Assembly (NCBI GenBank): GCA_017987895.1
Contig: JAGNSU010000001.1
Span: 48,606-112,605 of the forward strand
Direction: 5' to 3'
Length of the DNA: 64,000 nucleotides
From: Flavobacteriales bacterium
GTDB taxonomy: Bacteria; Bacteroidota; Bacteroidia; Flavobacteriales_F; PHOS-HE28
Shown here: in pieces, positions 11,101 through 20,232 of the stretch
Numbering within the stretch: position 1 is the first letter of the stretch
Layout of the letters: each line of letters starts with the position of its first letter
Made by a program: the position numbers and the translations under genes
The notes under the pieces: model-generated
What the model saw: the letters and a program-made list of their open reading frames with translations, nothing else
Told to the model about the DNA's origin: nothing
Databases searched by the model: none

Positions 11101-11261
11101 CGGACGACGGGGTGGGTATGCCGAAAGACCTCGACCCGGACACACAAGGAAGCCTGGGTCTTCAGTTGGTACATACCCTCATCGACCAGCTCGACGCCAC
11201 CTTGGATCGACCAATTGGACCTGGGGTTCGGTATTTCCTTACTTTTGAACGTATCAAGTAG
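8193..11261 (+). CDS. soluble multi-PAS sensor histidine kinase (HisKA_2 type)
   Basis: Several PAS-like segments, H-box EVHHRVKNNLQVISSILNLQ and HATPase_c (LADDGVGMP). No TM helix is visible. The TTG start overlaps the upstream stop; an alternative ATG lies at 8223. Confidence 0.85.
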   Translation: MTAEHRYRRGMRKFGAMSATRPREQDKEVELAKAYLSIKQQYEDLVSRNMAGVFRTTMDGRFLECNASMARILGFPDEETLMKQPVSALYFDMRDRDMYLAELLEKGHLINHTVQLRHANGQVVHAMENVHVNRQKGKPDTIEGTLIDTTALIKAEMEQRALLDNYRRLVERIRDGIMIVQRGQVRYANPAADALVDGPLTGKDLEQLLHPEDRGACAELFQEAERNGKSGPMELRFGGTAVTWHERLVEASATFHEGAPAIQIGLHDPGPERALMRERMRAQMAEEVNLVLRQEINEHRRTQAQLHRSRRFARSLVDSSLDMIIAVDGEGLITEFNPAATIKFGFEAEEVLGRPSRQLYSDNGEYGRIQEELNAHGAFAGEVRNVDRNGREFLSFLAASRLYDESGELLGSMGVSRDITAMKRDEEALRASEERYRDLFENAMDLIQSVDQDGRIEYVNDSWKRTLGYTDEEVRGLTLKEVVHPDHLATFEERFRRVMAGETVERISTVFLAKDGRSVRVEGTTNLRRVGGRPSATRSIFTDVSHVHAARRKVEEHEAKLRALFESSDHMFWTVDHRIALTSFNRGYADMIERLHGSRPEVNNAPDEPRKQFASPEYHAFWEAKYAEAFRGRPLRFETELHDAKGRFVSNEIFLSPVFDADGSVKEVFGVGHEITEQKLAERIVREQAARLTAIFENSANMMVWTLDNAFRITSLNDHFRDSSQEAFGYTPVIGDAFLDHMLERLASKVRRTVRAHYEAAMKGRPQQFEVELLDNSGDSRWVENFLNPIKVDGEVREISCLAYGITEKKLAEHQLRESLNEKEVLLKEVHHRVKNNLQVISSILNLQTAYVGEDKRMLDLIHESQDRIRSMSFIHESLYQTKNFSSVDLASYIERLSRNLVMSYSVSGKVALETDLERVDLTLDQAIPCGLILNELISNALKHGFPDGRAGTIHIGLRCKDDRVRIELADDGVGMPKDLDPDTQGSLGLQLVHTLIDQLDATLDRPIGPGVRYFLTFERIK

Positions 11262-11270
11262 AGATCGGCG

Positions 11271-12026
11271 ATGGCACAGACCAATGTCCTGGTGGTAGAG
11301 GACGAGAGCATCGTGAGCAAGGACATTCAGCACAGCTTGAAGAAGCTGGGCTACAACGTCGTAGGCGCGGCTTCCACAGGAGAACAGGCAGTGAAGCTGG
11401 CGGTGGATACCCAGCCGGACATCATCCTCATGGACATCATGCTCAAAGGGGAGATGAACGGGATCGAGGCGGCCACCCAGATCCGCCAGGAGACCAACAT
11501 CCCTGTGATCTTCCTCACCGCATACGCCGACGAGAGCACGTTGAGCAAGGCCAAAGTCACTCAGCCCTACGGCTATATCATCAAGCCGTTCAAGGAGATC
11601 GACATCCATACGTCGATCGAGATGGCACTTTACAAGCACAAAAAGGAGGCGGAGGTGTTGAAGGAGCGCGACCTGCTATTCTCCTTGGTGGAGAACCAGG
11701 GCGGCACCAATGACCTGCTCTTCGTGAAGAGCAACAGCCGGTTGGTGAAGCTGCGTATCAGCGACATTTACTACATCGAGGCGCTGAAAGACTATGTGGT
11801 CATCAATACCCTGAGCGCGCGGTACACCGTCCATAGCACAATGAAGGACATCGAAGGCAAATTACCCGAGAACGAGTTCGCGCGGGTGCATCGTTCCTTC
11901 ATCGTACGGATCGATAAGATCGTGGCCATCGAGCAGCCCAATCTCATCCTGGAGAACGACAAAAAGGTGATCCCCGTGGGAGGCAGCTACAAGGATGAGC
12001 TGGCCAAGCGCCTGAAGCTGGTGTGA
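11271..12026 (+). CDS. LytTR-family response regulator
   Basis: REC domain (VLVVEDE...DIILMDIML...) plus a C-terminal LytTR DNA-binding domain (YIEALKDYVVINT...RVHRSFIV). Confidence 0.9.
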   Translation: MAQTNVLVVEDESIVSKDIQHSLKKLGYNVVGAASTGEQAVKLAVDTQPDIILMDIMLKGEMNGIEAATQIRQETNIPVIFLTAYADESTLSKAKVTQPYGYIIKPFKEIDIHTSIEMALYKHKKEAEVLKERDLLFSLVENQGGTNDLLFVKSNSRLVKLRISDIYYIEALKDYVVINTLSARYTVHSTMKDIEGKLPENEFARVHRSFIVRIDKIVAIEQPNLILENDKKVIPVGGSYKDELAKRLKLV

Positions 12027-12051
12027 TACCAGCCCCGCCGAAACCTTTTCG

Positions 12052-14295
12052 CTAGCGGCGTTTCCCTTTTTTCGACGGACGGCTCGTCGTGTTCCTCTTA
12101 TCCGCACGCTTCGGCGCACTGTTCCGGCGCTCGAATTTTCCCGAGGTTGTGACCGGTTCGGCACCCTCTAGCATGAACGCCACGGTGCGGCGGTCCATGT
12201 CGACGCTTCGGATGGTCACCGTGAGTTCATCACCCAGCCGGAACTTGCGCCCGGTGCGTTGCCCCACCACACAATATCGCTCCTGATCGAAGCGGTAGAC
12301 GTCCCCGGGCAGTTCGCGCAGCCCGATCATGCCCTCGCATTTGTTCTCGCGCAGCTCCACATAGACGCCCCACGCGGTGATACCGCTTATGATCCCCTCG
12401 AACGACTGGCCGATCCGGTCGCGCAAGTACTCGGCTTGTTTGTAACGGATGCTGGCCCGCTCCGCATCGCTGGCCCGTTTCTCCATGTTGCTGCTGTGCT
12501 TGCAACTCAGGTCGAGCGAGCCTTTGTTCAGGTGGGCGCCGCCGTTCAGGTAGTGCGCCATGGCCCGGTGGACCAAGAGATCCGGATATCGGCGGATGGG
12601 GGAGGTGAAGTGCGTGTAGTGCTCGAAGGCCAATCCGTAGTGCCCGATATTCTCGGTGCTGTAGATGGCCTTGGCCATACTGCGTATCGCCACCTGTTTG
12701 ATGATGTTCTCTTCTTCTTTCCCGCGGACATCGTGCAACAAACGATTGATCGCGTGCGGAATATCCTCATCCTTGCTCGTGACGAGGGCGTGTCCGAAGC
12801 TTTTTGCCAGCGCACGCAACTGCTCGATCTTCTCCGGGTCCGGTAGGTCGTGGACACGATAGACGAAGGGCGGCACCCCGCCGGACCGCTGTTTTCCCAC
12901 CCACGCCGCCACACGTTTGTTGGCCAGCAGCATGAACTCCTCGATCAACCAGTTCGCCGACCCCATCACCTTCTCATACACTCCGAGAGGGCGACCGCTC
13001 TCATCCAGTTTGAATTTCACTTCATTGCCGCCGATCTCCAAGGCTCCGTTCGCGATGCGTTCTTTGCGCAGCACCTGTGCGAGGCGGTGGAAGGTGAGCA
13101 CCTCGTTCTTGAAATCGCCCTCACCGCCGTCTATTATGGCCTGCGCCTCCGCGTAAGCAAAGCGCCGCTGGGAACGCATCACGGTGCGCCCGAACCATTC
13201 CGTTTTGATCCTCGCCCGATCGTCGAGTTCGAAGATGGCACTGAAACTGAGCTTGTCGGTATGGGAATGCAACGAGCAGAGGTCGTTGCTCAGCTTCTCT
13301 GGAAGCATGGGCACAACGCGGTCCACCAAGTAAACGCTGGTGGCGCGAGCGGCGGCTTCCATGTCGAGCACGGTATCGGGGCGCACATAGTGGCTCACGT
13401 CCGCGATATGCACCCCCACCTCCCAATGACCGTTCTCCAGTTCGCGCAGGCTCAGCGCGTCGTCCAAGTCCTTCGCATCGTCCGGGTCGATGGTGATGGT
13501 CGGGATACTCCGCACGTCCCGGCGCTTCTCGATCTCCTCCGGCGTGCAGCCGTTCGTGATCTCCTCCGAGGCCCGCACCACACTCTCCGGGAATTCGAGG
13601 GGCAGACCGAATTCAGCGAGGATCGCGTGCATCTCCACCTGATGCTCTCCGGCCCTTCCAAGCACCCGTACCACCTTGCCCCGGGGCACGTCACGACTAT
13701 CCTTCCACTCGCCAAGTTCGATGATCGCCTTGTCCCCCTCGCGCGCGTTCATGGCTTCGTGCGGCGGGATCATGAACGGGCGCTGGACCCGCTGATCGTC
13801 AGCGACCAGAACGAGCCGTCCTTGATGCTGGTGTAAGGTGCCCACGAACTCCGTCCGCCGTCGTTTCACCACCTCCAAGACACGCCCCTCCGGCCGCGCG
13901 CCGCGCCCGCCCTCCAATCGTATGCGCACAGTGTCCCCATGCAAGGCCGTACCTACATGCCGGGCCTGCACGAACACATCACCGGGGTCCTTGCCCACAC
14001 CATCCTGAAGGCGTACATACCCCGCCCCACTTGCGATGATGTCGATGGTGCCCTCCAGCGTATCGCTTCCACCGGTCACTGTGTAGCGCCCCTTTTTACC
14101 GCTCTCTATGCGCCCGCTGTCCATCAGGGCTTCCAAGGCATCGTAGATTAGGTAGCGCTGGCTCTTGTCCTTGAAGCCAAGTTGAAGGCCCAATTGCTGG
14201 CTGGTGATACCCGCGTGCCCGGCTCGCCGGATCGCGGAAAGGACCTGTTGGTCAAGCGCTTGGGGCGGGGTGGGGTGGGGCTTGCGCTGAACCAT
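12052..14295 (-). CDS. rnr: ribonuclease R
   Basis: RNB catalytic domain (DPDDAKDLDDALS), C-terminal S1 domain and a basic tail. The ATG at 14295 is preferred; the ORF extends to 14358. Confidence 0.9.
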   Translation of the reverse strand: MVQRKPHPTPPQALDQQVLSAIRRAGHAGITSQQLGLQLGFKDKSQRYLIYDALEALMDSGRIESGKKGRYTVTGGSDTLEGTIDIIASGAGYVRLQDGVGKDPGDVFVQARHVGTALHGDTVRIRLEGGRGARPEGRVLEVVKRRRTEFVGTLHQHQGRLVLVADDQRVQRPFMIPPHEAMNAREGDKAIIELGEWKDSRDVPRGKVVRVLGRAGEHQVEMHAILAEFGLPLEFPESVVRASEEITNGCTPEEIEKRRDVRSIPTITIDPDDAKDLDDALSLRELENGHWEVGVHIADVSHYVRPDTVLDMEAAARATSVYLVDRVVPMLPEKLSNDLCSLHSHTDKLSFSAIFELDDRARIKTEWFGRTVMRSQRRFAYAEAQAIIDGGEGDFKNEVLTFHRLAQVLRKERIANGALEIGGNEVKFKLDESGRPLGVYEKVMGSANWLIEEFMLLANKRVAAWVGKQRSGGVPPFVYRVHDLPDPEKIEQLRALAKSFGHALVTSKDEDIPHAINRLLHDVRGKEEENIIKQVAIRSMAKAIYSTENIGHYGLAFEHYTHFTSPIRRYPDLLVHRAMAHYLNGGAHLNKGSLDLSCKHSSNMEKRASDAERASIRYKQAEYLRDRIGQSFEGIISGITAWGVYVELRENKCEGMIGLRELPGDVYRFDQERYCVVGQRTGRKFRLGDELTVTIRSVDMDRRTVAFMLEGAEPVTTSGKFERRNSAPKRADKRNTTSRPSKKGKRR

Positions 14296-14413
14296 GCGGC
14301 GTACCGTTGCGGGCGAAGGTCGCACAAAGCACGGGGGCATCGCAGGCACCGCCACCAACGATCGTTGATAACCTCCGGAAGATCACTACCTTCGCACCCC
14401 TTTCGCCAGGGCC

Positions 14414-15361
14414 ATGTACGAGTCCGCCAAGATCTTCTCGGGTACCGCCACACGGTATCTGGCCGAAAAGATCGCCAGCTACAGCGGCGAGCGGCTTGGC
14501 GAGGTGAGCGTGAGCCGCTTCAGCGACGGGGAGTTCCAGCCCAGTTTTGAGGAGACGGTCCGGGGCGAACTGGTTTTCATCGTACAAAGCACGTTCCCTC
14601 CAAGCGACAACTTGTTCGAGCTCTTGATGATGGTGGATGCCGCCAAGCGCGCCAGCGCTAAACGCATTGTGGCGGTGATGCCGTATTTCGGCTTCGCGCG
14701 CCAGGACCGCAAAGACAAGCCTCGCGTCAGCATCGGGGCGAAGCTGGTGGCCAATATGCTGACGGCGGCCGGGGTGGACCGCATCATGACAATGGACCTG
14801 CATGCCGATCAGATCCAGGGCTTTTTCGAGGTCCCCGTAGACCATCTCTTCGCGAGCAGCATCTTCCTGCCCCACATCAAACAAATGGGCCTGCCCGATC
14901 TGCTCATGGCCGCACCGGATACCGGAGGGACCAAGCGGGCCAGTGCTTATGCGAAGCACTTGGGAGTGGATATGGCAATCTGTTACAAACAACGCAAAGT
15001 GGCCAACCAGGTCGACAGTATGACCGTGATCGGCGAGGTGAAGGGGAAGGATGTCGTGCTCATCGACGATATGGTGGACACAGCGGGCACCCTCACCAAG
15101 GCTGCGGATATGATGGTAGACCAAGGCGCGGCAAGTGTGCGCGCGGTCTGCTCACATGCGGTTCTGAGCGGCGATGCGTGCGAGCGGCTTGAGCGCAGCG
15201 CGATCGCCGAACTGATCGTCACCGATACCATCCCCATCAGCGCGGAGAAGATGGGACGTACCAACAAGATCAAACAACTGACGGTGGCCGAGCTCTTTGG
15301 CGACGTTATCAAGCGCGTTCGCAGCCACGAGTCCATCAGCAGCCACTTCATCATCGCATAA
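14414..15361 (+). CDS. prs: ribose-phosphate diphosphokinase
   Basis: 315 aa. Has PYFGFARQDRK and VLIDDMVDTAGT PRPP-binding motifs. Confidence 0.95.
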   Translation: MYESAKIFSGTATRYLAEKIASYSGERLGEVSVSRFSDGEFQPSFEETVRGELVFIVQSTFPPSDNLFELLMMVDAAKRASAKRIVAVMPYFGFARQDRKDKPRVSIGAKLVANMLTAAGVDRIMTMDLHADQIQGFFEVPVDHLFASSIFLPHIKQMGLPDLLMAAPDTGGTKRASAYAKHLGVDMAICYKQRKVANQVDSMTVIGEVKGKDVVLIDDMVDTAGTLTKAADMMVDQGAASVRAVCSHAVLSGDACERLERSAIAELIVTDTIPISAEKMGRTNKIKQLTVAELFGDVIKRVRSHESISSHFIIA

Positions 15362-15376
15362 CCGATCCCCACGACC

Positions 15377-16072
15377 ATGAAAAAGGTAGCGCTCACCGGA
15401 ACGCTCCGCGAAGTCAACGGCACCAAGAACGCCGCTCAGCTCCGCCGCAACAAACAAGTTCCATGCGTACTCTACGGAGGCGGCAAAGTGGTGCATTTCG
15501 CCACTGAAGAAGCCGCCCTGAGCAAGTTGGTTTTCACTGCTGAGGCCTATCGTATCGAACTCGATCTCGGAGGCAACAAGGTGATGGCCAAGATGCAGGA
15601 GACCCAGTTCCACCCCACCTCGGACAAGATCCTCCATACGGACTTCATCGAGTTGGCGGAAGACAAGGCCGCCAAGGTGTCCTTGAGCCTGAAGCTCACT
15701 GGCCTGGCCGCCGGGGTCCGCAAGGGGGGCAACCTGAACCAGACCTTGCGCAAACTGCGCGTGAGCGGCCTGCCGGCGAATCTGCCCGAGCACCTCGAGT
15801 ATAATGTGGACGCCCTGGAGTTGGGCCAGAGCGTGCGTGTGCGCGATCTGAAGTTCGACGGGGTGGTGATCTTGGAAAAACCCTCGGATGTGGTGGTGAA
15901 AGTGAGCATCCCGAAGAAAGAGGCCGAGGTGGTCGCCGCGCCCGTGGTCGGTGCTCCTGTCGCTGCCGGTGCTGCTGGAGCTCCTGCTGCCGGTGCCGCT
16001 GGCGCCGCTGCTCCTCCCGCCGCCGCCGGAGCCAAGAAAGCAGAGCCCGCCAAGCCCGCTGGGAAGAAGTAG
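15377..16072 (+). CDS. rplY: 50S ribosomal protein L25/general stress protein Ctc
   Basis: L25/Ctc N-terminal and beta-barrel domains. Ala/Pro-rich low-complexity C-terminal tail. Conserved prs-rplY-pth order. Confidence 0.9.
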   Translation: MKKVALTGTLREVNGTKNAAQLRRNKQVPCVLYGGGKVVHFATEEAALSKLVFTAEAYRIELDLGGNKVMAKMQETQFHPTSDKILHTDFIELAEDKAAKVSLSLKLTGLAAGVRKGGNLNQTLRKLRVSGLPANLPEHLEYNVDALELGQSVRVRDLKFDGVVILEKPSDVVVKVSIPKKEAEVVAAPVVGAPVAAGAAGAPAAGAAGAAAPPAAAGAKKAEPAKPAGKK

Positions 16073-16111
16073 TCCAAAGTTTCGCTCGGACGGATCCCTT
16101 CTTGAGCGCGC

Positions 16112-16675
16112 ATGAAGGTGCTGATCGTAGGCTTGGGAAATCCGGGCCTGGAATACAGCGGTACGCGTCACAACATCGGCTTTGCGGTATTGGACGCCTT
16201 ATGCGCGGTCTTCAAGGCACCGTTCGTTGCGGACCGGTACGCGGACCGTGCCCAATTCCGCCACAAAGGGCGCACCTACGTGCTGATCAAGCCAAGCACT
16301 TTCATGAATCTCAGTGGCAAGGCCGTGCGCTACTGGCTCGCGCAAGAGGATGTGCCGCTCGATCGTATGCTCGTGCTCACAGATGACCTGGCCCTACCGT
16401 TCGGCAAAGTGCGCATCCGGGGCGCGGGCGGTGCTGGGAGCCATAACGGCCTCGCCAGCATCATCGAAGTCCTGGGCTCAGAGGAATTCCCGCGGTTGCG
16501 TTTCGGCATTGGCAGTGCCTTTCCCAGAGGGCGACAAAGCGAGTATGTGCTCGGCCAATGGAATGAGGAGGAACAGGCATTGCTGCCCGAACGTCTGGAG
16601 ATCGCCGGCAAGGCCGTGGTACAGTTCGGGCTGCTGGGGCTGGCGCATACGATGAACCACTTCAACAACCGCTGA
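16112..16675 (+). CDS. pth: peptidyl-tRNA hydrolase
   Basis: MKVLIVGLGNPG..Y..TRHNIGF signature. 187 aa. Confidence 0.95.
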   Translation: MKVLIVGLGNPGLEYSGTRHNIGFAVLDALCAVFKAPFVADRYADRAQFRHKGRTYVLIKPSTFMNLSGKAVRYWLAQEDVPLDRMLVLTDDLALPFGKVRIRGAGGAGSHNGLASIIEVLGSEEFPRLRFGIGSAFPRGRQSEYVLGQWNEEEQALLPERLEIAGKAVVQFGLLGLAHTMNHFNNR

Positions 16676-16739
16676 CCCTGCGTCTTGTGCTGAACCTTCG
16701 GCCGATGGCGTGGTTACTTTTACATCCCATACAGTTCCC

Positions 16740-17264
16740 ATGCTCTCCAAGAAGATCGAAGCGGCCCTTAACGGCCAGGTCGCCATTGAGGCGTTCAGCA
16801 GTCAGAGTTACCTGGCCATGGCCTCCTGGGCCGAGAACCAAGGCCTGAGCGGCACCGCCGCGTTCCTTTACAGACACAGCGACGAGGAGCGCCTGCACAT
16901 GCTGAAACTGATGAAGTTCGTGAACGAACGCGGTGGACGCGCTGTAGTCCCCGCGTTGAAGCAGCCGAGCACCAAATTCCAAACGATCACCGAGATCTTC
17001 CGATCCTTGCTGGAGCACGAGACCCATGTGACCGAGGAGATCAATGGGGTAGTGGACCTGTGCTTGAAGGAGAAGGACTACACCACGCACAATTTCATGC
17101 AGTGGTACGTCAGTGAGCAGATCGAAGAGGAAGCATTGGCACGCACCATGATCGATAAGCTCAACCTGATCGGGAATGACAAGGGTGGGTTGTACCTTTT
17201 TGACCGGGACCTCGTCGGAATGAGCGGACCGAGCAAGGGCGGGAAGGGAGGTAACGCGGAGTAG
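16740..17264 (+). CDS. ftnA: non-haem ferritin
   Basis: Ferritin-like di-iron ligands (E..Y, EERLH, QWYVSEQIEE). The ATG at 16740 (MLSKKIEAALN) is preferred over the ORF start at 16710. Confidence 0.85.
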   Translation: MLSKKIEAALNGQVAIEAFSSQSYLAMASWAENQGLSGTAAFLYRHSDEERLHMLKLMKFVNERGGRAVVPALKQPSTKFQTITEIFRSLLEHETHVTEEINGVVDLCLKEKDYTTHNFMQWYVSEQIEEEALARTMIDKLNLIGNDKGGLYLFDRDLVGMSGPSKGGKGGNAE

Positions 17265-17265
17265 C

Positions 17266-18747
17266 CTACCAGCGCCAGAGCCTTGCTAGGCGCAGATTTT
17301 CTTCCAGGCCCCCAGCCTTCAGGCGGTCTCTCAATGCGTCTTCTTCGAACGCTGCGGGAAGCTTTTCCGCATTGGCGATCCATAGCGCCAGCATGCCAAC
17401 GATGCGCACGTTGTTCACCATATCCCTGGGGTCCACCAAGTGGACGTCATCGCAGCTACTATGGTAGCACCCGTAGACATGGCCCCCCAGATCGCTCAAG
17501 GGATTGATGACCGGTACCCCCGCCAGAAGGAAGGACTGATGGTCACTGTGCAGTCCCGGCCGGTCTTTGAGTTCCGCGCGAAAGGTGGTGTCCATGGCAT
17601 GCATCGCGTCCATGCCACTATCAACGACGGCTGTCCAACCCTCCGGGCCCACAGCGGAGAACCCGAAGGGATCACCGGTCATGTCCATATTGATCATGCA
17701 CCGGACGTTCGCCAGTTCCTGGGTGCGCGCATACTGTGCAACAAGCGCCTCCGAGCCGAGGAGGCCCTGTTCTTCGCCCATGAAGAGCACAAAACGTATG
17801 GTGCGGGCCGGACGCACTCCGCTGGCCACCATCGCGCGGGCCATATCAAGAATGGAGTAAGCTCCCAGCCCATTGTCCGTCGCGCCGGTGGCCAGATCCC
17901 AACTATCCAAATGACCACCCACCAGCACCACCTCTTCGGGCCAACGGGTTCCCGGGATCTCCGCGACCACATTCCGCGCCTCGACCGGCTCGCTGCGGTT
18001 GTTCATGGTGATCTGCACGGAAATGGATCCTCCTGCCGCGAGGCGGGCGCGTAAGGAGCCCCCCTCCTCCGAAGCGATGCAAACCGCGGGGATGGGGATC
18101 GCGGAACCATCCACAGAGGCGGTACCCGTAAGTAGGACCCCCCCTTCTATGTTGTTCACGAACACCACCGCAGAGGCACCTTGTTGGATGGCCAACGCGG
18201 TTTTCTCACTCCGGTGCAGGTTAGCCGCGCCATTGGCGGCCGCCACCAATCCAAGGTTCATCAGTACCGCACGACCTTTTACCAGGTCCCCGACCCGCCG
18301 AAGATCCTCGGCAAGGCCGTTGCCCACATCGATCAATGGTGCGTCAACGGAGGCTTTATCCGGGGAGTGGGCGAGGGCTACGGAGGCGAGATGTTCCACA
18401 GTACCGCCGGACCGGACGGATAGCAGCACCGAACCGCGGGTCCAGGCGATGGCCGAGAAAGGCGAGTACTTCACTACCGGAAGTCCAGAGACGCGGAAAA
18501 GACTGTCCGCCGTGCTCTCGGCACGCGCGCCGTTCGTTGTTCCTGTGAGGCGGTGCCCGATGTGTTCGGTGCTCCACTTCAGCCAGGAATAGCCCTGTGC
18601 GTTCGTCCGGGCTTCTTGCTCGAACAGCCGCAGGGGATCGAGCCCTTGCTGGCCGTGAACACATACGTGTGAAAAGATGGCCAGAACGCAAGCCGATGCG
18701 AGGCTGGGCAGGCATCTACTTTGCTGCGCGGTGTTCAGGCTCGACAT
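17266..18747 (-). CDS. M28-family peptidase with PA domain (secreted)
   Basis: GGHLDSWDLATGATDNGLG and MGEEQGLLGS M28 motifs. Signal-like N-terminus from the ATG at 18747; the ORF extends to 18879. Confidence 0.8.
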   Translation of the reverse strand: MSSLNTAQQSRCLPSLASACVLAIFSHVCVHGQQGLDPLRLFEQEARTNAQGYSWLKWSTEHIGHRLTGTTNGARAESTADSLFRVSGLPVVKYSPFSAIAWTRGSVLLSVRSGGTVEHLASVALAHSPDKASVDAPLIDVGNGLAEDLRRVGDLVKGRAVLMNLGLVAAANGAANLHRSEKTALAIQQGASAVVFVNNIEGGVLLTGTASVDGSAIPIPAVCIASEEGGSLRARLAAGGSISVQITMNNRSEPVEARNVVAEIPGTRWPEEVVLVGGHLDSWDLATGATDNGLGAYSILDMARAMVASGVRPARTIRFVLFMGEEQGLLGSEALVAQYARTQELANVRCMINMDMTGDPFGFSAVGPEGWTAVVDSGMDAMHAMDTTFRAELKDRPGLHSDHQSFLLAGVPVINPLSDLGGHVYGCYHSSCDDVHLVDPRDMVNNVRIVGMLALWIANAEKLPAAFEEDALRDRLKAGGLEENLRLARLWRW

Positions 18748-18814
18748 GATCCTCGGAATACGCGGCGCCAAAGGTAGCCCCGCGCCTCGCCGCACCACAT
18801 GGTCCCGGGCCGTC

Positions 18815-19330
18815 ATGTTGTTCGTGGCCTCAGTGGTGCTCACGGCCAGTGCGCCACAGCGCGAGTTGGAAAAGGACACATCGGCGATCCTGCAGGCCAG
18901 CTACATCTATAATATCGCCAAGCTGGTGGAGTGGAAGGACCCCGCCATGAGCAGCGGCACTTTTATCATCGGGGTTATCGGCGGGGCCAACCTGTACCAG
19001 GAGATGATCAAGAAGTACAGTACCAAATCCATCGGCAAACAACCGATCGAGGTGCGTAAGCTGCCCCGATCCTCCACCGTTGACCGCTGCCACATCCTGT
19101 TCGTGGGGCAGAGCGATATCGCCCTGATGCCGGAGATCTACCGCAATCTGGCCGGCAAGAGCACGCTGATCATCACCGAATACCCCGACGCCCTGGAGGA
19201 TGGCTCCGTGGCGAACTTCGTGCGTACCGACAACACGCTGAAGTATGAGATGAGCGTAGTGAACGCACGGAAGCACAAGCTGGAAGTGGCCCTTACGCTG
19301 AAACAACTGGCGCTCCGAGTGGAGGAATGA
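18815..19330 (+). CDS. YfiR-family (DUF4154) periplasmic protein
   Basis: N-terminal signal segment. SYIYNIAKLVEWKD...FIIGVIG...ILFVG...TLIITE pattern typical of DUF4154/YfiR. The ATG at 18815 is preferred. Confidence 0.7.
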   Translation: MLFVASVVLTASAPQRELEKDTSAILQASYIYNIAKLVEWKDPAMSSGTFIIGVIGGANLYQEMIKKYSTKSIGKQPIEVRKLPRSSTVDRCHILFVGQSDIALMPEIYRNLAGKSTLIITEYPDALEDGSVANFVRTDNTLKYEMSVVNARKHKLEVALTLKQLALRVEE

Positions 19331-19331
19331 C

Positions 19332-20222
19332 ATGTTGCGCAAGCTCCACATAGCGCTGTTCATGCTGCTCCTGGTCCAAGGGGTGGTCGGGCAGCAGGAC
19401 CCTCTCGCGGAAGCGCTTCGCAAGTATCAGGAGGGCGCGCTCAATGAATCACGTGCGCTGGTCGAAGAGGCGGTGTTGTCCACCAGATACGCGCGCGATC
19501 CGGAGGCTTGGTTATTACGCGGGTTCATTCTCAAGGACCTCTATAAGTCCCACAACGCGGAACCCCAAGGCGATACCCTGCGCGATGAAGCGCTCGCATC
19601 TCTGAGCACCTGCCTGGACCTCGACACGGGACTGGTCTATCGGGACAATGCCACCCAAGCGTTCGAGTTCCTAACGAAAACCTGCTACAACGATGCGGCG
19701 AAAGCCCTGAACGACTTGCGGCCGGAACGGGCCGAAGCGCTGTATCTCAAGTACAAACGACATGCGGCGCGCACCGGGGGCATTCCGGACGAGAAGGCCA
19801 AGGAGGTGGAGTTCTATAACGCGTTGGGCACAGTACACACGAAGCTCTATAACCAGGACCGCGAGAACCTGATCTGGTACGACCGGGCCCTGGTCACGTA
19901 CCACGCCGTGCTCAAAATGGATCCGGAGAACTACGGCGCTAACTACAACCTGGCCACGCTTTACTACAACCGGGGGGTCTACAATATCCAGCGCGTTGAT
20001 GTAGAGAACGACATCCCGAGTTTGCAGAGGATCCAGGAGGTGAGCCGCGAGTTCTTCTTAGAGGCGTTACCGTTCATGCTGAAGGCGTTCGAGATGAACC
20101 CCAAGCGCAAAGAGACCCTGCTCGGTCTGGAGGGTATCTACTATAGCTTACAAGACCCGGAGAAGTCCGAGCACTATCGCAGCCTTTTCGAACAACTCGG
20201 CCCGAAGGAGGAAGACCGCTGA
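19332..20222 (+). CDS. secreted TPR-like helical repeat protein
   Basis: Signal peptide. All-helical sequence with TPR-like A/Y/L periodicity. Starts 1 nt after the yfiR-like stop. Confidence 0.55.
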   Translation: MLRKLHIALFMLLLVQGVVGQQDPLAEALRKYQEGALNESRALVEEAVLSTRYARDPEAWLLRGFILKDLYKSHNAEPQGDTLRDEALASLSTCLDLDTGLVYRDNATQAFEFLTKTCYNDAAKALNDLRPERAEALYLKYKRHAARTGGIPDEKAKEVEFYNALGTVHTKLYNQDRENLIWYDRALVTYHAVLKMDPENYGANYNLATLYYNRGVYNIQRVDVENDIPSLQRIQEVSREFFLEALPFMLKAFEMNPKRKETLLGLEGIYYSLQDPEKSEHYRSLFEQLGPKEEDR

Positions 20223-20232
20223 CCATTGACAT

